DNA of 64,000 nt from an uncultured Gammaproteobacteria bacterium (GCA_963729605.1 CAVSNY010000002.1:256001-320000); one strand, 5' to 3'; positions 1-11,759 are shown, counted from the first letter of the stretch. The notes: generated from the sequence alone by a model not told the origin. Numbers and translations: made by a program.

Positions 1-2
1 AC

Positions 3-482
3 TTCCGGGTGTTCTTCGACGCGGTGCTCAAGCGTCAGCAGTTCGATATTTCCATCGACAATACCGACATGCCCGCCATGGAAGTGGAATTTTACGAGGC
101 GGTGAAGGATGAACGGGGCGGCCGCAAGCTGGTGCAGGTCTATCCCGACCCCGCCCGCCGTGGCGGCCATTACTACAAGGTGCAGGTGATCGGCGAGGTG
201 CTGGCCAACGGTCAGCCGAGTTTCAGCATTTATTGCAACGAGGTGGAGTTCGCCGGGCTAAGTTACGGCGATCAATTGTTCAGCGAGGTCGCGGCCTTTG
301 TGTTGCAGGGGCGCCGCAGCGGCCAGCGTTATCCGATTTATATCACCGACATCGACGGACCGCGCACCATGTTCAGCACCGAACCGGGCGGCCGGGTGCA
401 GACCATCCATTTTCTCAAGTATAAAAAGCAGATCGAAGAGCGGCTCAACGCGGCCTTGGAATCGCTGGATAAAACCACCTGA
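3..482 (+). CDS. cyaA: Class I adenylate cyclase, C-terminal part (5' truncated by window edge)
   Basis: Motifs FSIYCNEVEF..LSYGDQLF..VA..VL..RRSGQRYPIYITDID..QT.H.LKYK..IE..LN resemble the CyaA C-terminus; lptM/lppL nearby as in other gammaproteobacteria. Confidence 0.7.
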   Translation, partial: FRVFFDAVLKRQQFDISIDNTDMPAMEVEFYEAVKDERGGRKLVQVYPDPARRGGHYYKVQVIGEVLANGQPSFSIYCNEVEFAGLSYGDQLFSEVAAFVLQGRRSGQRYPIYITDIDGPRTMFSTEPGGRVQTIHFLKYKKQIEERLNAALESLDKTT

Positions 483-503
483 GCGCCGGATCCGGCGCCA
501 TCC

Positions 504-1178
504 TCATACCGTGGTTTCGCCCAGGACGCGGGCGAGAAACGCGCGGATATCCTCGATCTCCGCGCCGGACACGCCGTGCGCCATGGGATAGACGCGCCAT
601 TCCACCGGGCAACCCATCGCGATCAGCGCCTGTCTGGAGAGTTGGGCGTGGGGCAAGACGATGACCGTGTCCTGATCGCCGTGGGCCATGAAGATCGGCG
701 TGCCGCGATTGGCGTTGGCCAGTTCGGCGGCGGTCTGTTCGGCCAGCGGCAAATAGGTTGAAAGCGCCATGATGCCGGCCAGGGTCCGCGGGTAACGCAG
801 ACCGGTGTGGAGGGCGATGGCGCCGCCCTGGGAAAAACCCGCCAAGACGATGCGCGGCGCGGCGATGCCGCGTTCTTGCTCCCGTTCGATGAGGGCGTGC
901 AGTTGCCGTTCCGACGCGCGGATGCCGGTCTCGTCTTCGCTGCGCGGCCGTTCGAAGGACAGGATGTCGTACCAGGCCCGCATCACGTAACCGCCGTTGA
1001 CGGTGACCGCGCGGTGCGGCGCGTGAGGAAAAATGTAACGCACCGGCGTGGCCAGTCGCAGTTGCGGCACGAGGGGCTCGAAGTCATGGCCGTCGGCGCC
1101 GAGGCCATGCAGCCAGATCACGCTGGCGGTGGCGGGCGTGATGGGGTCGATCTCAATGCAGGGAAGATAAGTGGTCAT
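504..1178 (-). CDS. Carboxylesterase/phospholipase (alpha/beta hydrolase)
   Basis: WLHGLGADGHDF, GFSQGG nucleophile motif, HG..D and terminal His. Confidence 0.92.
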   Translation of the reverse strand: MTTYLPCIEIDPITPATASVIWLHGLGADGHDFEPLVPQLRLATPVRYIFPHAPHRAVTVNGGYVMRAWYDILSFERPRSEDETGIRASERQLHALIEREQERGIAAPRIVLAGFSQGGAIALHTGLRYPRTLAGIMALSTYLPLAEQTAAELANANRGTPIFMAHGDQDTVIVLPHAQLSRQALIAMGCPVEWRVYPMAHGVSGAEIEDIRAFLARVLGETTV

Positions 1179-1267
1179 GGTCGGCGCGCGAGCCTCGTTG
1201 GGTTTGCCGGTGATCCCGGTTTATACTGCGGCGGCATTGTAACGCGGGCGGACGCGGAGGGGTAATC

Positions 1268-1390
1268 GTGAAGCGGTGGATGATACGGCTGACGCTGGGT
1301 GTGCTGATGGGCGCGACGCTGCTCGCGGGTTGTGGACAAAAAGGGCCGCTCTATATTCCCGATGACGCGGTGCGCGATCAGGGCAAATGA
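1268..1390 (+). CDS. lptM: Small lipoprotein LptM/YifL/LppL family (40 aa, not in ORF track)
   Basis: GTG start after GGAGGGG; MKRWMIRLTLGVLMGATLLAGCGQKGPLYIPDDAVRDQGK with lipobox LAGC and CGxKGPLYxP signature. Confidence 0.9.
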   Translation: MKRWMIRLTLGVLMGATLLAGCGQKGPLYIPDDAVRDQGK

Positions 1391-1619
1391 GGGCGGCACC
1401 GATTCACCGCACGGCGTCACTTCAGGAATGGAAATTTCCCCCTTCGTATTCAAAGGTGCCCGCGGGAACGGGGTGGTTGATGCGCGGTGCATCGAGCAAT
1501 TTATTTTAAGGCGCCGATCCGGCGCTATCGCGCGCGCCTTCGTCGTTGGATGAGGGTGTGATCAAACGGTTTGCTCTTGCATCGCAGCGCAAATGTCCCG
1601 GCCAGGGTGAAGCGCAACA

Positions 1620-2183
1620 TTAATGCATGGGGCGGATCAGGCTGGTTTCCACTTCGTCGCGTTTGACCTTGCCCGCCAGGGTTTCCAGCAGGGCCAGGGC
1701 GAAATCCAGCGCGGTGCCCGGCCCGCGCGAGGTGATGAGGGTACCGTCTTGCACCACCGGCGATTCCTGATAATTGACGCCGTCCAGTTGGCGGGCATTC
1801 AATGAGCCGGGATAACTGGTGGCGCGCCGGCCTTTGAGCAGGCCGGCGTCCGCCAGCACCTTGGGCGCGGCGCAGATCGCGGCGATGTATTTTTCCTGGC
1901 GCGCCATGCGCTGCAATAATTCGCGGATGCGGGGATCGTCGTTGAGGTGGTTGGCGCCGGGCAGGCCGCCCGGCAGCACCACCATGTCGTAATCTTGCTT
2001 CAGCGCGTCGTCCAGATCGGTGTCGGGTACCAGTACGGTGCCGCGGCTGGCGCGCACCGGCGTGCCGCGCGCGCCGAGCCCGGCGCTGGTGACCTCGATA
2101 CCGCCGCGCCGCAGGATATCGATCACCGTGACCGCTTCTAATTCTTCGCAACCCGCCGCCAGTGGGATCAGTACTCGAACCAT
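1620..2183 (-). CDS. yajL: DJ-1/PfpI (YajL/ThiJ) family protein
   Basis: VLIPLAAGCEELEAV..DILRR, LPGGLPG, AICAAP, TSRGPGTA; start set at MVRVL. Confidence 0.9.
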   Translation of the reverse strand: MVRVLIPLAAGCEELEAVTVIDILRRGGIEVTSAGLGARGTPVRASRGTVLVPDTDLDDALKQDYDMVVLPGGLPGANHLNDDPRIRELLQRMARQEKYIAAICAAPKVLADAGLLKGRRATSYPGSLNARQLDGVNYQESPVVQDGTLITSRGPGTALDFALALLETLAGKVKRDEVETSLIRPMH

Positions 2184-2253
2184 GGTCGCGCCCTCCGTTG
2201 CCTTCCACCACAGCGTGCAGCATAAAGGCTGGCGCACCGTTTGAGAATCGGAT

Positions 2254-3144
2254 TCAAGGGTTGACCTGAATTTTGAGCGGGGCCACGGCCGCGCCGCCGG
2301 CGCTGGCCAGCCCGGTGGCGGGGGAGGATGCGGTGTGGAGGCCGGGCTGGGCTCGCTGTTCCAGCAGGGCGCGGACGGCGACCAGTTGGACGCCCAGGCC
2401 GGGCAGTTCGGGCAGGTGTCGTTCCAGAAAAGTGAGGGTGGCGTCATGAGGGTGGCCGATGGCCACGGCGCCGCCCTGACGGCGCGCGAGGGTGATCAGG
2501 CGCTTGAATTGGAGGGCGATGGCCTCGGGTGTGGGGTCGTTGTCGAGAAAGACGTCGCGGCGGAGATTGGGCACGCCGTTTTCCACCGCCACTTGCTGCG
2601 CCACCGTGGCGGCGGTGGTGCGGCTGTCCACGAAAAAGAGCCGGCCGCGCCGGTTGATGGCCTGCATCAGCCAGCGCATGGGGCCGGCCTGTTGAGTGAG
2701 CAGGCTGCCCATGTGGTTGTTGATGCCCGTCACGTGGGGAATGTCGGCGAGATTCGCTTCCAGGGTGCGGACGAATTCCTGCTCAGTCATACCGAGCGTA
2801 AGGCTGCCGGGTCCGGCGGGCATGCCGTCGGCGGCCTCCATCGGCAGGTGCAACATGACTTCTTTATCGCGGTGGTGGGCGAGCCGCGCCAGGCGGCGGG
2901 CATAAGGCGTGTGGGGTAAAAAGGCCGCGGCCACCGGTCCCGGCAGGCGGATGGTGCGCAGGCCGTTGTGCAGATTGCCGCCGACGTCGTCGATGATGAT
3001 GGCGATCAGCGGCGGGGTGGCCGCCGGTGCGGTGCCGGGAGAGAGGGGCTCGCCCGCCCAGCCCGCTCCCCACGGCGCAAGGCCGGCCCAGAGCAGACAC
3101 AGCCATGGTCTCCGCCACCGAAATTTAAAGGGAGACCATGGCAT
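2254..3144 (-). CDS. yibQ: Divergent polysaccharide deacetylase (YibQ)
   Basis: IAIIIDDVG, MLHLPME, NNHMGS, FVDSRT, RRDVFLDN, AIGHPH; envC-ctpA synteny. Confidence 0.92.
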   Translation of the reverse strand: MPWSPFKFRWRRPWLCLLWAGLAPWGAGWAGEPLSPGTAPAATPPLIAIIIDDVGGNLHNGLRTIRLPGPVAAAFLPHTPYARRLARLAHHRDKEVMLHLPMEAADGMPAGPGSLTLGMTEQEFVRTLEANLADIPHVTGINNHMGSLLTQQAGPMRWLMQAINRRGRLFFVDSRTTAATVAQQVAVENGVPNLRRDVFLDNDPTPEAIALQFKRLITLARRQGGAVAIGHPHDATLTFLERHLPELPGLGVQLVAVRALLEQRAQPGLHTASSPATGLASAGGAAVAPLKIQVNP

Positions 3145-3170
3145 GGCTACGCCGCCGGTGCGCCGGCCGG

Positions 3171-4559
3171 TTACTTGCGTTTCTGTTGCAGGATGTTGAG
3201 GCCTTTGAGCAGATTGAGCGCCTCGTGTAATTGATAGTCGGTCTTGGCCAGCGGTTGTTCCTTGACTTTCACGTCTTCACCGGGCAACGGGTCGATGCCG
3301 TCTTTCGACAAGGGATCGATGATGTCTTTGACCGCATCTTCAGCTTTCTCTTTTTCTTTCGCCTTTTTCTTGCCGTTTTCCAGATGGCCGGTGAGATTGG
3401 ATTCTTTGACCGGCTCGAATTCCGGCGCATCCGCCTCGGCCACGGTCACGTTGATCAGCGGGATGTCCGGGTTGATGCCTTCGGCCTGGATGGAGCGGCC
3501 GGACGGGGTGTAGTAACGGGCGGTGGTGAGTTTGAGCGCGGCGCCGGTGCCGATGGGCACGATGGTTTGCACCGAACCCTTGCCGAAGGACTTCTCGCCC
3601 ATGATGACCGCGCGGTGATGGTCTTGCAGGGCGCCGGCCACGATTTCCGAGGCCGAGGCGGAGCCGGCGTTGATCAGCACCACGATGGGCGAGCCGTTGA
3701 GCACGTCGGACGGCGTGGCCTTGAATTTCATTTCGGAGTCTTTCACCCGGCCTTCGGTGTAGACGATCAAACCGCTTTCGAGGAAGGCATCCGACACCGA
3801 GACCGCCGCGCTCAACACGCCGCCGGGGTTGTTGCGCAAATCCAGTACCAGGCCCTTGAGCTCGCCGCCGTTTTCGCGCTTGAGTTCGCCGATGGCCTGG
3901 ATCAAGTTTTCCGGGGTGTGGGATTGAAATTGGGTGATGCGCAGATAACCGTAGCCTTTTTCCAGGCTGCGGCTCTTGACGCTCTTCACCTTGATGATGG
4001 CGCGGGTGAGGGTGAACTTGAGCGGTTTTTCCGCGCCCTCGCGGATCACCGTGAGCAGGATGTCGGTGCCCGGTTTGCCGCGCATGATGTCGACCGCGTC
4101 TTTCAGTGACAGGCCTTTCACCGGCGTGCTGTCGAGGCGGATGATGATGTCGCCGGTGCGCAGGCCGGCCTTTTGCGCCGGGGTGTCGTCGATGGGGGAC
4201 ATGACTTTGACGAAGCCGTTTTCCATGGTGACTTCGATGCCCAGGCCGCCGAATTCGCCGGAGGTGCCGACTTGCAGTTCTTTATAGGACTTGGCATCCA
4301 GATAGGACGAGTGAGGATCCAGGTTGGACAACATGCCGCTGATGGCGTGTTCCAGCAGGACTTTATCCTCCACCGGTTCCACATAATCGCTTTTGATTTT
4401 GGCGAACACCTCGGTGAAGGCGCGCAGATCCTCCAGTGGGATGGTGGTGTTGGCCGCCTCATCGGTGCGTTGGGCCCATACCCCGGTGCCGATGGCGATG
4501 CCTACGCCGAGGGTGATGCCGATCGTCAGCACCAGCAGATTACGTTTTTTGTCGATCAT
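3171..4559 (-). CDS. ctpA: Carboxyl-terminal processing protease, S41 family with PDZ
   Basis: LDPHS, GLGIEV, LDLRNNPGG, SASASEIVAGALQD, SFGKGSVQ. Confidence 0.95.
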   Translation of the reverse strand: MIDKKRNLLVLTIGITLGVGIAIGTGVWAQRTDEAANTTIPLEDLRAFTEVFAKIKSDYVEPVEDKVLLEHAISGMLSNLDPHSSYLDAKSYKELQVGTSGEFGGLGIEVTMENGFVKVMSPIDDTPAQKAGLRTGDIIIRLDSTPVKGLSLKDAVDIMRGKPGTDILLTVIREGAEKPLKFTLTRAIIKVKSVKSRSLEKGYGYLRITQFQSHTPENLIQAIGELKRENGGELKGLVLDLRNNPGGVLSAAVSVSDAFLESGLIVYTEGRVKDSEMKFKATPSDVLNGSPIVVLINAGSASASEIVAGALQDHHRAVIMGEKSFGKGSVQTIVPIGTGAALKLTTARYYTPSGRSIQAEGINPDIPLINVTVAEADAPEFEPVKESNLTGHLENGKKKAKEKEKAEDAVKDIIDPLSKDGIDPLPGEDVKVKEQPLAKTDYQLHEALNLLKGLNILQQKRK

Positions 4560-4778
4560 GAGTGACTCCGTGGACCTATCCGGCGTTGAGGCGGTGGATT
4601 AAATGCTTCGGAAAGCATACAAGTTAGCTTGATTCATTTACAAGTTACGCATGCGCGCACGTTTCGATGCGTGTCCATGCGTAACCGCACTGTTTATTTA
4701 CTGGCCCATGCCTGGCCCCTTCCTCGAGTGAGGGGCGCGGGCGGCGGGATTTAAGCGAGATAAACGGGTTAGCGGTCA

Positions 4779-5963
4779 TTAGGGCGCTTTGCACCAGAGC
4801 AACGGGTTGACCGGCGTGCCCTGCTGGCGGATTTCAAAATAAAGGCCCGGCCGTTCGCGCGCCTCGCCGATCCCGCTGCGGGCGATCAGCGCGCGGGCCT
4901 CGACCAGGTCGCCGACGTTTTTGTTGAGCGCTTGATTATAGCCGTACAGGCTCATATAACCGTCGCCGTGATCCAGGATCAGCAGCAGACCGAAACCGCG
5001 CATCCAGTCGGCGAACACCACCCGGCCCGGGGCGATGGCGCGCACCTCCGTCCCTTCGGACGCGTCGATGACGATGCCTTGCCATTTGAGGTGGCCGAGT
5101 TGGCGCGGGCTGCCGAAACGCGCGGCGATCTTGCCTTCGGCCGGTAGTTTCAATTGGCCTTTGAGCTTGGCGAAGCCTTTGCCGGTGAGCGCCGGCGGCG
5201 GCATTTCGGCGATGGCGCGCCGCAGGCGGCCCACCAATTCCTGCAAACCCTGTTCGTCTTCCTTGAGTTGAGCCAGGCGTTGCTGTGAAGTGCTGATTTC
5301 GCTTTCGAGTTGTGAGAGCAATAGCTTACGTTCTTGGCGTTTCTCTTCCAGCGCGGTCTTCTGGATTTGCTGGCGGGTTGATAACTCGTCGAGGGCGCGG
5401 CCCTGGCTTTGGATGTCCTGCTCCAGCCGCGCGACGGCGAGCAGGGTGCGGTTGATGGCGTCGATCTGAGCTGTCCTCGCCCGGTGGAAATATTCGTAGT
5501 ACTTGAGACTGCGCCCGGCGGCGGCCGGTTCCGTCTGGTTGAGCAGTAATTTCACCGGCCCTTGCTGGCCGAAGGCGTAGCTGGCGCGCAGGTGTTCGGC
5601 GAGGGTTTGCCGTTGCTGGGCGAGGCCGGCCTCTTGGTGTCGTTTGTCTTGTTGCAGTTGCGCGAGGGTGGTGGCCTGTTCGCGGCGTTGCTGTTCCAGT
5701 TCGCGCAGGGAGTCGTTGATGCCGCCGATGGCGCGTTCGACCTCGCGGCGCTGGGCGCGCAGATGGTCGTAGCGGGTGCGCAAGGCGTTGAGCTGGGTGC
5801 TGGTCTCCTTGATCACCTGCCGCAATTTTTCCAGTTCCGCTTCCTTGTTTTGGACCTGGCGTTGATCCGCCGCGGCGGCCGCGGCCGACAGGCTCGCCGC
5901 GCAGAGCGCGATGCCCAGGAGCGTGGCGAGCCGTTTCGGGATGGTGGTGGGCCCCGTGTCCAC
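4779..5963 (-). CDS. envC: Murein hydrolase activator EnvC (coiled coil + degenerate M23)
   Basis: Signal peptide, long coiled coil, WQGIVI...DHGDGYMSLYGYN...LYFEIR. Confidence 0.92.
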   Translation of the reverse strand: MDTGPTTIPKRLATLLGIALCAASLSAAAAAADQRQVQNKEAELEKLRQVIKETSTQLNALRTRYDHLRAQRREVERAIGGINDSLRELEQQRREQATTLAQLQQDKRHQEAGLAQQRQTLAEHLRASYAFGQQGPVKLLLNQTEPAAAGRSLKYYEYFHRARTAQIDAINRTLLAVARLEQDIQSQGRALDELSTRQQIQKTALEEKRQERKLLLSQLESEISTSQQRLAQLKEDEQGLQELVGRLRRAIAEMPPPALTGKGFAKLKGQLKLPAEGKIAARFGSPRQLGHLKWQGIVIDASEGTEVRAIAPGRVVFADWMRGFGLLLILDHGDGYMSLYGYNQALNKNVGDLVEARALIARSGIGEARERPGLYFEIRQQGTPVNPLLWCKAP

Positions 5964-5982
5964 TGGGCGTTTACGGCGTCCG

Positions 5983-7542
5983 TTAGTCGGGCTGACGGAG
6001 TTCGATGAGCGGCCGGCCGCTCATCTCCGAGGGCTTTTCGATATTCAACAGATACAGCATGGTCGGCGCCACGTCCGCCAGGGTGCCGGTGTTGGGGGTG
6101 GGTTGCGCGGGACGGCCCACGTACACGAGGGGCACCAGGTTGGTGGTGTGCGCGGTGTGGGCCTGGCCGGTGCTGTCGTCGCTCATCTGTTCGGCGTTGC
6201 CGTGGTCGGCGGTGATCAGCAGTTCGCCGCCGGCCTTTTGCACGGCCGCGACGATCCGTCCCAGGCAGAGGTCGAGGGCCTCGATGGCCTTGATCGCCGC
6301 CGGCATCGAGCCGGTGTGGCCGACCATGTCGGCGTTGGCGTAATTACAGATGATGGCGTCATAACCGCCGCTTTCGATGGCGGCCACCAGCTTGTCGGTG
6401 ACTTCCGGCGCGCTCATCTCGGGCTGGAGATCGTAGGTCGCCACCTTGGGCGAGGGCACCAGGATGCGGTCTTCGCCGGGATAGGGCTGCTCCACGCCGC
6501 CGTTGAAAAAGAAGGTGACGTGGGCGTATTTCTCGGTCTCGGCGATGCGCAGCTGGTGCAGGCCGAGATTGGCGATGTATTCGCCGAAGGTATTGCGCAG
6601 CCGCTCCGGCGGAAAGGCCACCGGCACGTGAAATTCCTCGTTGTATTCGGTGAGGGTGACGAAGGCGCTGAGCTGGGGGAGCACCGCCCGCGGGAAACCG
6701 TCGAAGTCGTCTTCGATGAAGGCGCGGGTGATTTGCCGGGCCCGGTCGGAGCGGTAATTCATGAAGATCACCGAGTCGCCGTCCTGCATGGTCACCGGCA
6801 GTTCGCCGGGCGGCACGAGGGCGGTGGCCTGGATGAATTCGTCGGTCTCGCCGCGTTCATAAGCCGCTTGCAGGCCGCTGAACGGATCGGGCGCGGTGAA
6901 GGCGGCCTTGCCTTGGGTGATCAAATCATAAGCGGTCTGCACCCGCGGCCAGCGATGGTCGCGGTCCATGGCGAAATAACGGCCGACGAGGGAGGCGATG
7001 CGGCCGCGCCCCAGTTGGGTGAAGAGTTCGGACAGGGATTGCAATGAGCTTGCCGCGCTCTTGGGCGGGGTGTCGCGGCCGTCGAGAAAGGCGTGGACGT
7101 AAATTCGCCGGGCGCCACGTTCCGCCGCCAGTTTCACCATGGCCTGGATGTGTTCCTCGTGGCTGTGCACGCCGCCCGGGGAGAGCAGGCCGAGGATGTG
7201 CACGGCCTTGTCGTGGGCGACGGCGGCATCCACCGCGTCGGTCAGGGTGTGGTTGTTGAAGAACGAACCGCTCTTGATCGCCCGGCTGATTCGCGTGAAT
7301 TCCTGGTACACCACCCGGCCGGCGCCGAGGTTGAGATGACCCACTTCGGAGTTGCCCATTTGATCGGCCGGCAGGCCGACGTCGGTGCCGGAGCAGCGGA
7401 TCAGCAGGCGGGGGTAGTTGGTCCACAAGCGGTTCCAGATCGGCGTGCTGGCGTTCAAAATGGCGTTGTGTGCCTTTTGTTCACTGTAACCCCAACCATC
7501 AAGGATAAGTAAAACAACGGGTTTATGACGTGACGGATTCAT
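5983..7542 (-). CDS. gpmI: 2,3-bisphosphoglycerate-independent phosphoglycerate mutase
   Basis: [45 protein letters not shown]. Confidence 0.97.
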   Translation of the reverse strand: MNPSRHKPVVLLILDGWGYSEQKAHNAILNASTPIWNRLWTNYPRLLIRCSGTDVGLPADQMGNSEVGHLNLGAGRVVYQEFTRISRAIKSGSFFNNHTLTDAVDAAVAHDKAVHILGLLSPGGVHSHEEHIQAMVKLAAERGARRIYVHAFLDGRDTPPKSAASSLQSLSELFTQLGRGRIASLVGRYFAMDRDHRWPRVQTAYDLITQGKAAFTAPDPFSGLQAAYERGETDEFIQATALVPPGELPVTMQDGDSVIFMNYRSDRARQITRAFIEDDFDGFPRAVLPQLSAFVTLTEYNEEFHVPVAFPPERLRNTFGEYIANLGLHQLRIAETEKYAHVTFFFNGGVEQPYPGEDRILVPSPKVATYDLQPEMSAPEVTDKLVAAIESGGYDAIICNYANADMVGHTGSMPAAIKAIEALDLCLGRIVAAVQKAGGELLITADHGNAEQMSDDSTGQAHTAHTTNLVPLVYVGRPAQPTPNTGTLADVAPTMLYLLNIEKPSEMSGRPLIELRQPD

Positions 7543-7768
7543 GCTGACGATGCTTTTCGAATGTGGTTCCTGGAAACGCAAGCAGGTCTTTTTCAATCTA
7601 GCCGCGATTTCCGCGAGACCGGGGGAATACCCAAGTTTCCCCAGACCGGACGGTGATTGTATAATCTTTTGCCCTCAAAAGGCAGTATCGATGTGGAGTG
7701 GCGTGTTTATGGAGGTTGTCGTGACTTAAATAATTCATACATGAAGGTCTCTATCGAGGGTAATAACA

Positions 7769-8080
7769 ATGGAAAATATAACTGCCGCGCTCATCAATGA
7801 TGATGAAGAAATTGAGCAAGCGGCGCGTTCACTGAAGGCAATGGCCCACCCCATCCGGTTGAAAATCCTGTGTGCCCTAGGCGATGATGAAGTGAGTGTT
7901 CAGTGTATCGTGGAAATGGTCGGCACATCCCAAAGCAATATCTCTCAACATCTGGGTATTTTGCGCGAAAAGGGTATATTAATGACCCGCAAGAATGCCA
8001 ACCGGGTATATTATCGGGTAGGCGATAAGCGCACCTTGCGCCTGATCGGCATGATGCGAGAGGTGTTTGTACGGGTTTGA
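7769..8080 (+). CDS. ArsR/SmtB-family regulator (BigR/SqrR-like)
   Basis: AHPIRLKILC, SQSNISQHL, RVYYR; upstream of rhodanese. Confidence 0.9.
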   Translation: MENITAALINDDEEIEQAARSLKAMAHPIRLKILCALGDDEVSVQCIVEMVGTSQSNISQHLGILREKGILMTRKNANRVYYRVGDKRTLRLIGMMREVFVRV

Positions 8081-8143
8081 TGCCCGGATTAAGCCTTGGC
8101 GTGACTGTTAGTACATTTTGAAGTAAAGGTTTCGATTATTCCC

Positions 8144-8569
8144 ATGGCTCAATTTGGCGAATTCGTGGTCAACCACTGGTTGTTGGTATTGGCCTTGGTC
8201 GTGATTCTCGTGTTGATCATAGCCGGTGAGGCCCAGCGCAAATTGTTGGGATTCACGGATATCAAACCGCAGGAGGCGGTGCGTCTGATGAATCAGGAAG
8301 ACGCGATCGCCTTGGATGTGCGCGATGACCCGGAATACAGGCAAGGCCATGTGATCAATGCCGTCCATATCCCGCTGGGGTTATTGGATAAGCGGCTCGG
8401 CGAACTGGAACCTTATAAAGACAAGCCCATCGTGGTTTATTGCCGCACCGGGCAGCGTTCGGCGCAGGCCGGCGTGCAGTTGCGCAAGCAGGGCTTCACC
8501 CGCATCTACAAGCTGGGCGGTGGCATGCTGGCCTGGCAAGGCGCGGACTTGCCGGTGACTAAAAAATAA
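8144..8569 (+). CDS. yibN: Membrane-anchored rhodanese (YibN-like)
   Basis: N-terminal TM, LDVR...GHVINA, active-site CRTGQRS, LGGG..AW. Confidence 0.9.
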   Translation: MAQFGEFVVNHWLLVLALVVILVLIIAGEAQRKLLGFTDIKPQEAVRLMNQEDAIALDVRDDPEYRQGHVINAVHIPLGLLDKRLGELEPYKDKPIVVYCRTGQRSAQAGVQLRKQGFTRIYKLGGGMLAWQGADLPVTKK

Positions 8570-8682
8570 GGCGAAACCGTTTCGCTGGCCGGGCGGTATC
8601 CCTAAGGTATTTATTACGCTGTGACACGGCGGCGTTCGGCCGGCGGGTCCAGTCCATTTAACCGACCGTGAAGGAAATGACG

Positions 8683-9162
8683 ATGGCAGATGCACCGCAA
8701 CCCGAGAACCGGGCCCAATTCACGATTCAGAAGATCTACGTGAAAGACTTGTCTTTCGAAACCCCCAACTCGCCGCAGGTGTTTTTGGAGAAGTGGGAGC
8801 CGGAGGTAGGACTGCAGATCAGCAACAGCGCCACGGTTTTGAACGAGACCACCCATGAGGTGGTGCTCACCCTCACGGTGACCGCCAAGCAAAAAGACAA
8901 GACCGCCTATCTGATCGAAGTGCAGCAGGCCGGTATTTTCAATATCGAGGGTTATCAAAAAGAGCAGGTGGCGATCATGGTGGGCAGTTATTGTCCGCAT
9001 GTTTTATTCCCCTTCGCGCGCGAAACGGTGTCCGATGTGGTGACGCGCGGCGGGTTTCCCCAGTTGTTGCTGGCTCCCATCAATTTCGACATCCTCTACC
9101 AGCAGCATGTGGAGCAGGCGAAAAAACAGCAAGAGCTGGCGGCCTCCGAGCTGACGCACTGA
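8683..9162 (+). CDS. secB: Protein-export chaperone SecB
   Basis: IQKIYVKDLSFETPNSP, EVQQAGIF, CPHVLFPFARE, GGFPQLLLAPINF. Confidence 0.97.
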   Translation: MADAPQPENRAQFTIQKIYVKDLSFETPNSPQVFLEKWEPEVGLQISNSATVLNETTHEVVLTLTVTAKQKDKTAYLIEVQQAGIFNIEGYQKEQVAIMVGSYCPHVLFPFARETVSDVVTRGGFPQLLLAPINFDILYQQHVEQAKKQQELAASELTH

Positions 9163-9239
9163 TCCCTGATCGAAGTGGGCGGAGTGTCGACCAGGATGCG
9201 CACGACCCGGGATTCTTTTCCCGCGAGTTGGACGGTTCG

Positions 9240-10950
<1,711 letters not shown>

Positions 10951-10957
10951 ACGCCGC

Positions 10958-11650
10958 TCAATCGCGGGTGGGTGTGATGCTGAATTCCTGGATCTGCTCC
11001 ATCTTGCTCAAGGTTTCGGCGAGATAACGCAGATTGACGGCGTCGCGGGTGCGAATGCTCATTTGGTATTGAAACATCCGCCCTTCGTCCTCCAGCTGAT
11101 AACTCGGACCGCCCGCGGTGATGTCGTGGGCGCGTATCACGTCGACCAGTTCGTCCTGACTCAAATGACTGTGCCGGGAAAAGCGCACCGTGAGCTGGGC
11201 GTAACGGATGGCGGGCATGATGGACTCCACCCAGCGGAACACCGCCAAGGTGCCGAGGGCCATGGCCACGCCCAGGCCGGCGGCGGAATAAAAACCCATG
11301 CCGATCACGATGCCGATGGCGGCGGTGATCCAGATCGAGGCGGCGGTGGTGAGGCCGCGCACGGCGAGCCGCTCTTTGACGATCACCCCCGCGCCGAGAA
11401 AGCCGATGCCGGTCATGATGCCCTGGGCCATGCGGGTGGGGTCGATGCGGATGGTGTCCCGCGGGGCGTCAGGCAACAGCTCCCATTGATACACCGAGAC
11501 CAGCACCAGCAGGGTCGAGGAAGCGCAGACCAGGACATGGGTGCGGAAACCCGCCGGCCGGCCATGGTAGGTCCGCTCCAGCCCGATGATGCCGCCGGCC
11601 AGCACCGACAAGATGAGGCGAGTGGCTACCGTTATAAATTGCTCATCCAT
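10958..11650 (-). CDS. mgtC: MgtC/SapB family membrane protein
   Basis: IGLER..HGRPAGFRTH, DPTRMAQGIMTGIGFLGAG, GLTTAASIW. Confidence 0.92.
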   Translation of the reverse strand: MDEQFITVATRLILSVLAGGIIGLERTYHGRPAGFRTHVLVCASSTLLVLVSVYQWELLPDAPRDTIRIDPTRMAQGIMTGIGFLGAGVIVKERLAVRGLTTAASIWITAAIGIVIGMGFYSAAGLGVAMALGTLAVFRWVESIMPAIRYAQLTVRFSRHSHLSQDELVDVIRAHDITAGGPSYQLEDEGRMFQYQMSIRTRDAVNLRYLAETLSKMEQIQEFSITPTRD

Positions 11651-11669
11651 TCGAAATCAAACTCCTGAA

Positions 11670-11759
11670 TTATTGCTGGCCAACCGGGGGTACGGGGGGT
11701 AGCGGACAGGGGAGCGGTCGGGATCCTCTGAGAGGGGACGATCTACGTGTTCTCTCCAT
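11670..11759 (-). CDS. Putative Pro-rich leader peptide upstream of mgtC (29 aa)
   Basis: MERTRRSSPLRGSRPLPCPLPPVPPVGQQ*; stop lies just before the mgtC AGGAG. Confidence 0.35.
   Translation of the reverse strand: MERTRRSSPLRGSRPLPCPLPPVPPVGQQ

Noticed and set aside
3289-3329. Short internal duplication in ctpA (DIIDPL/DGIDPL)
   Set aside because: Lies in a low-complexity variable loop; nothing suggests a function
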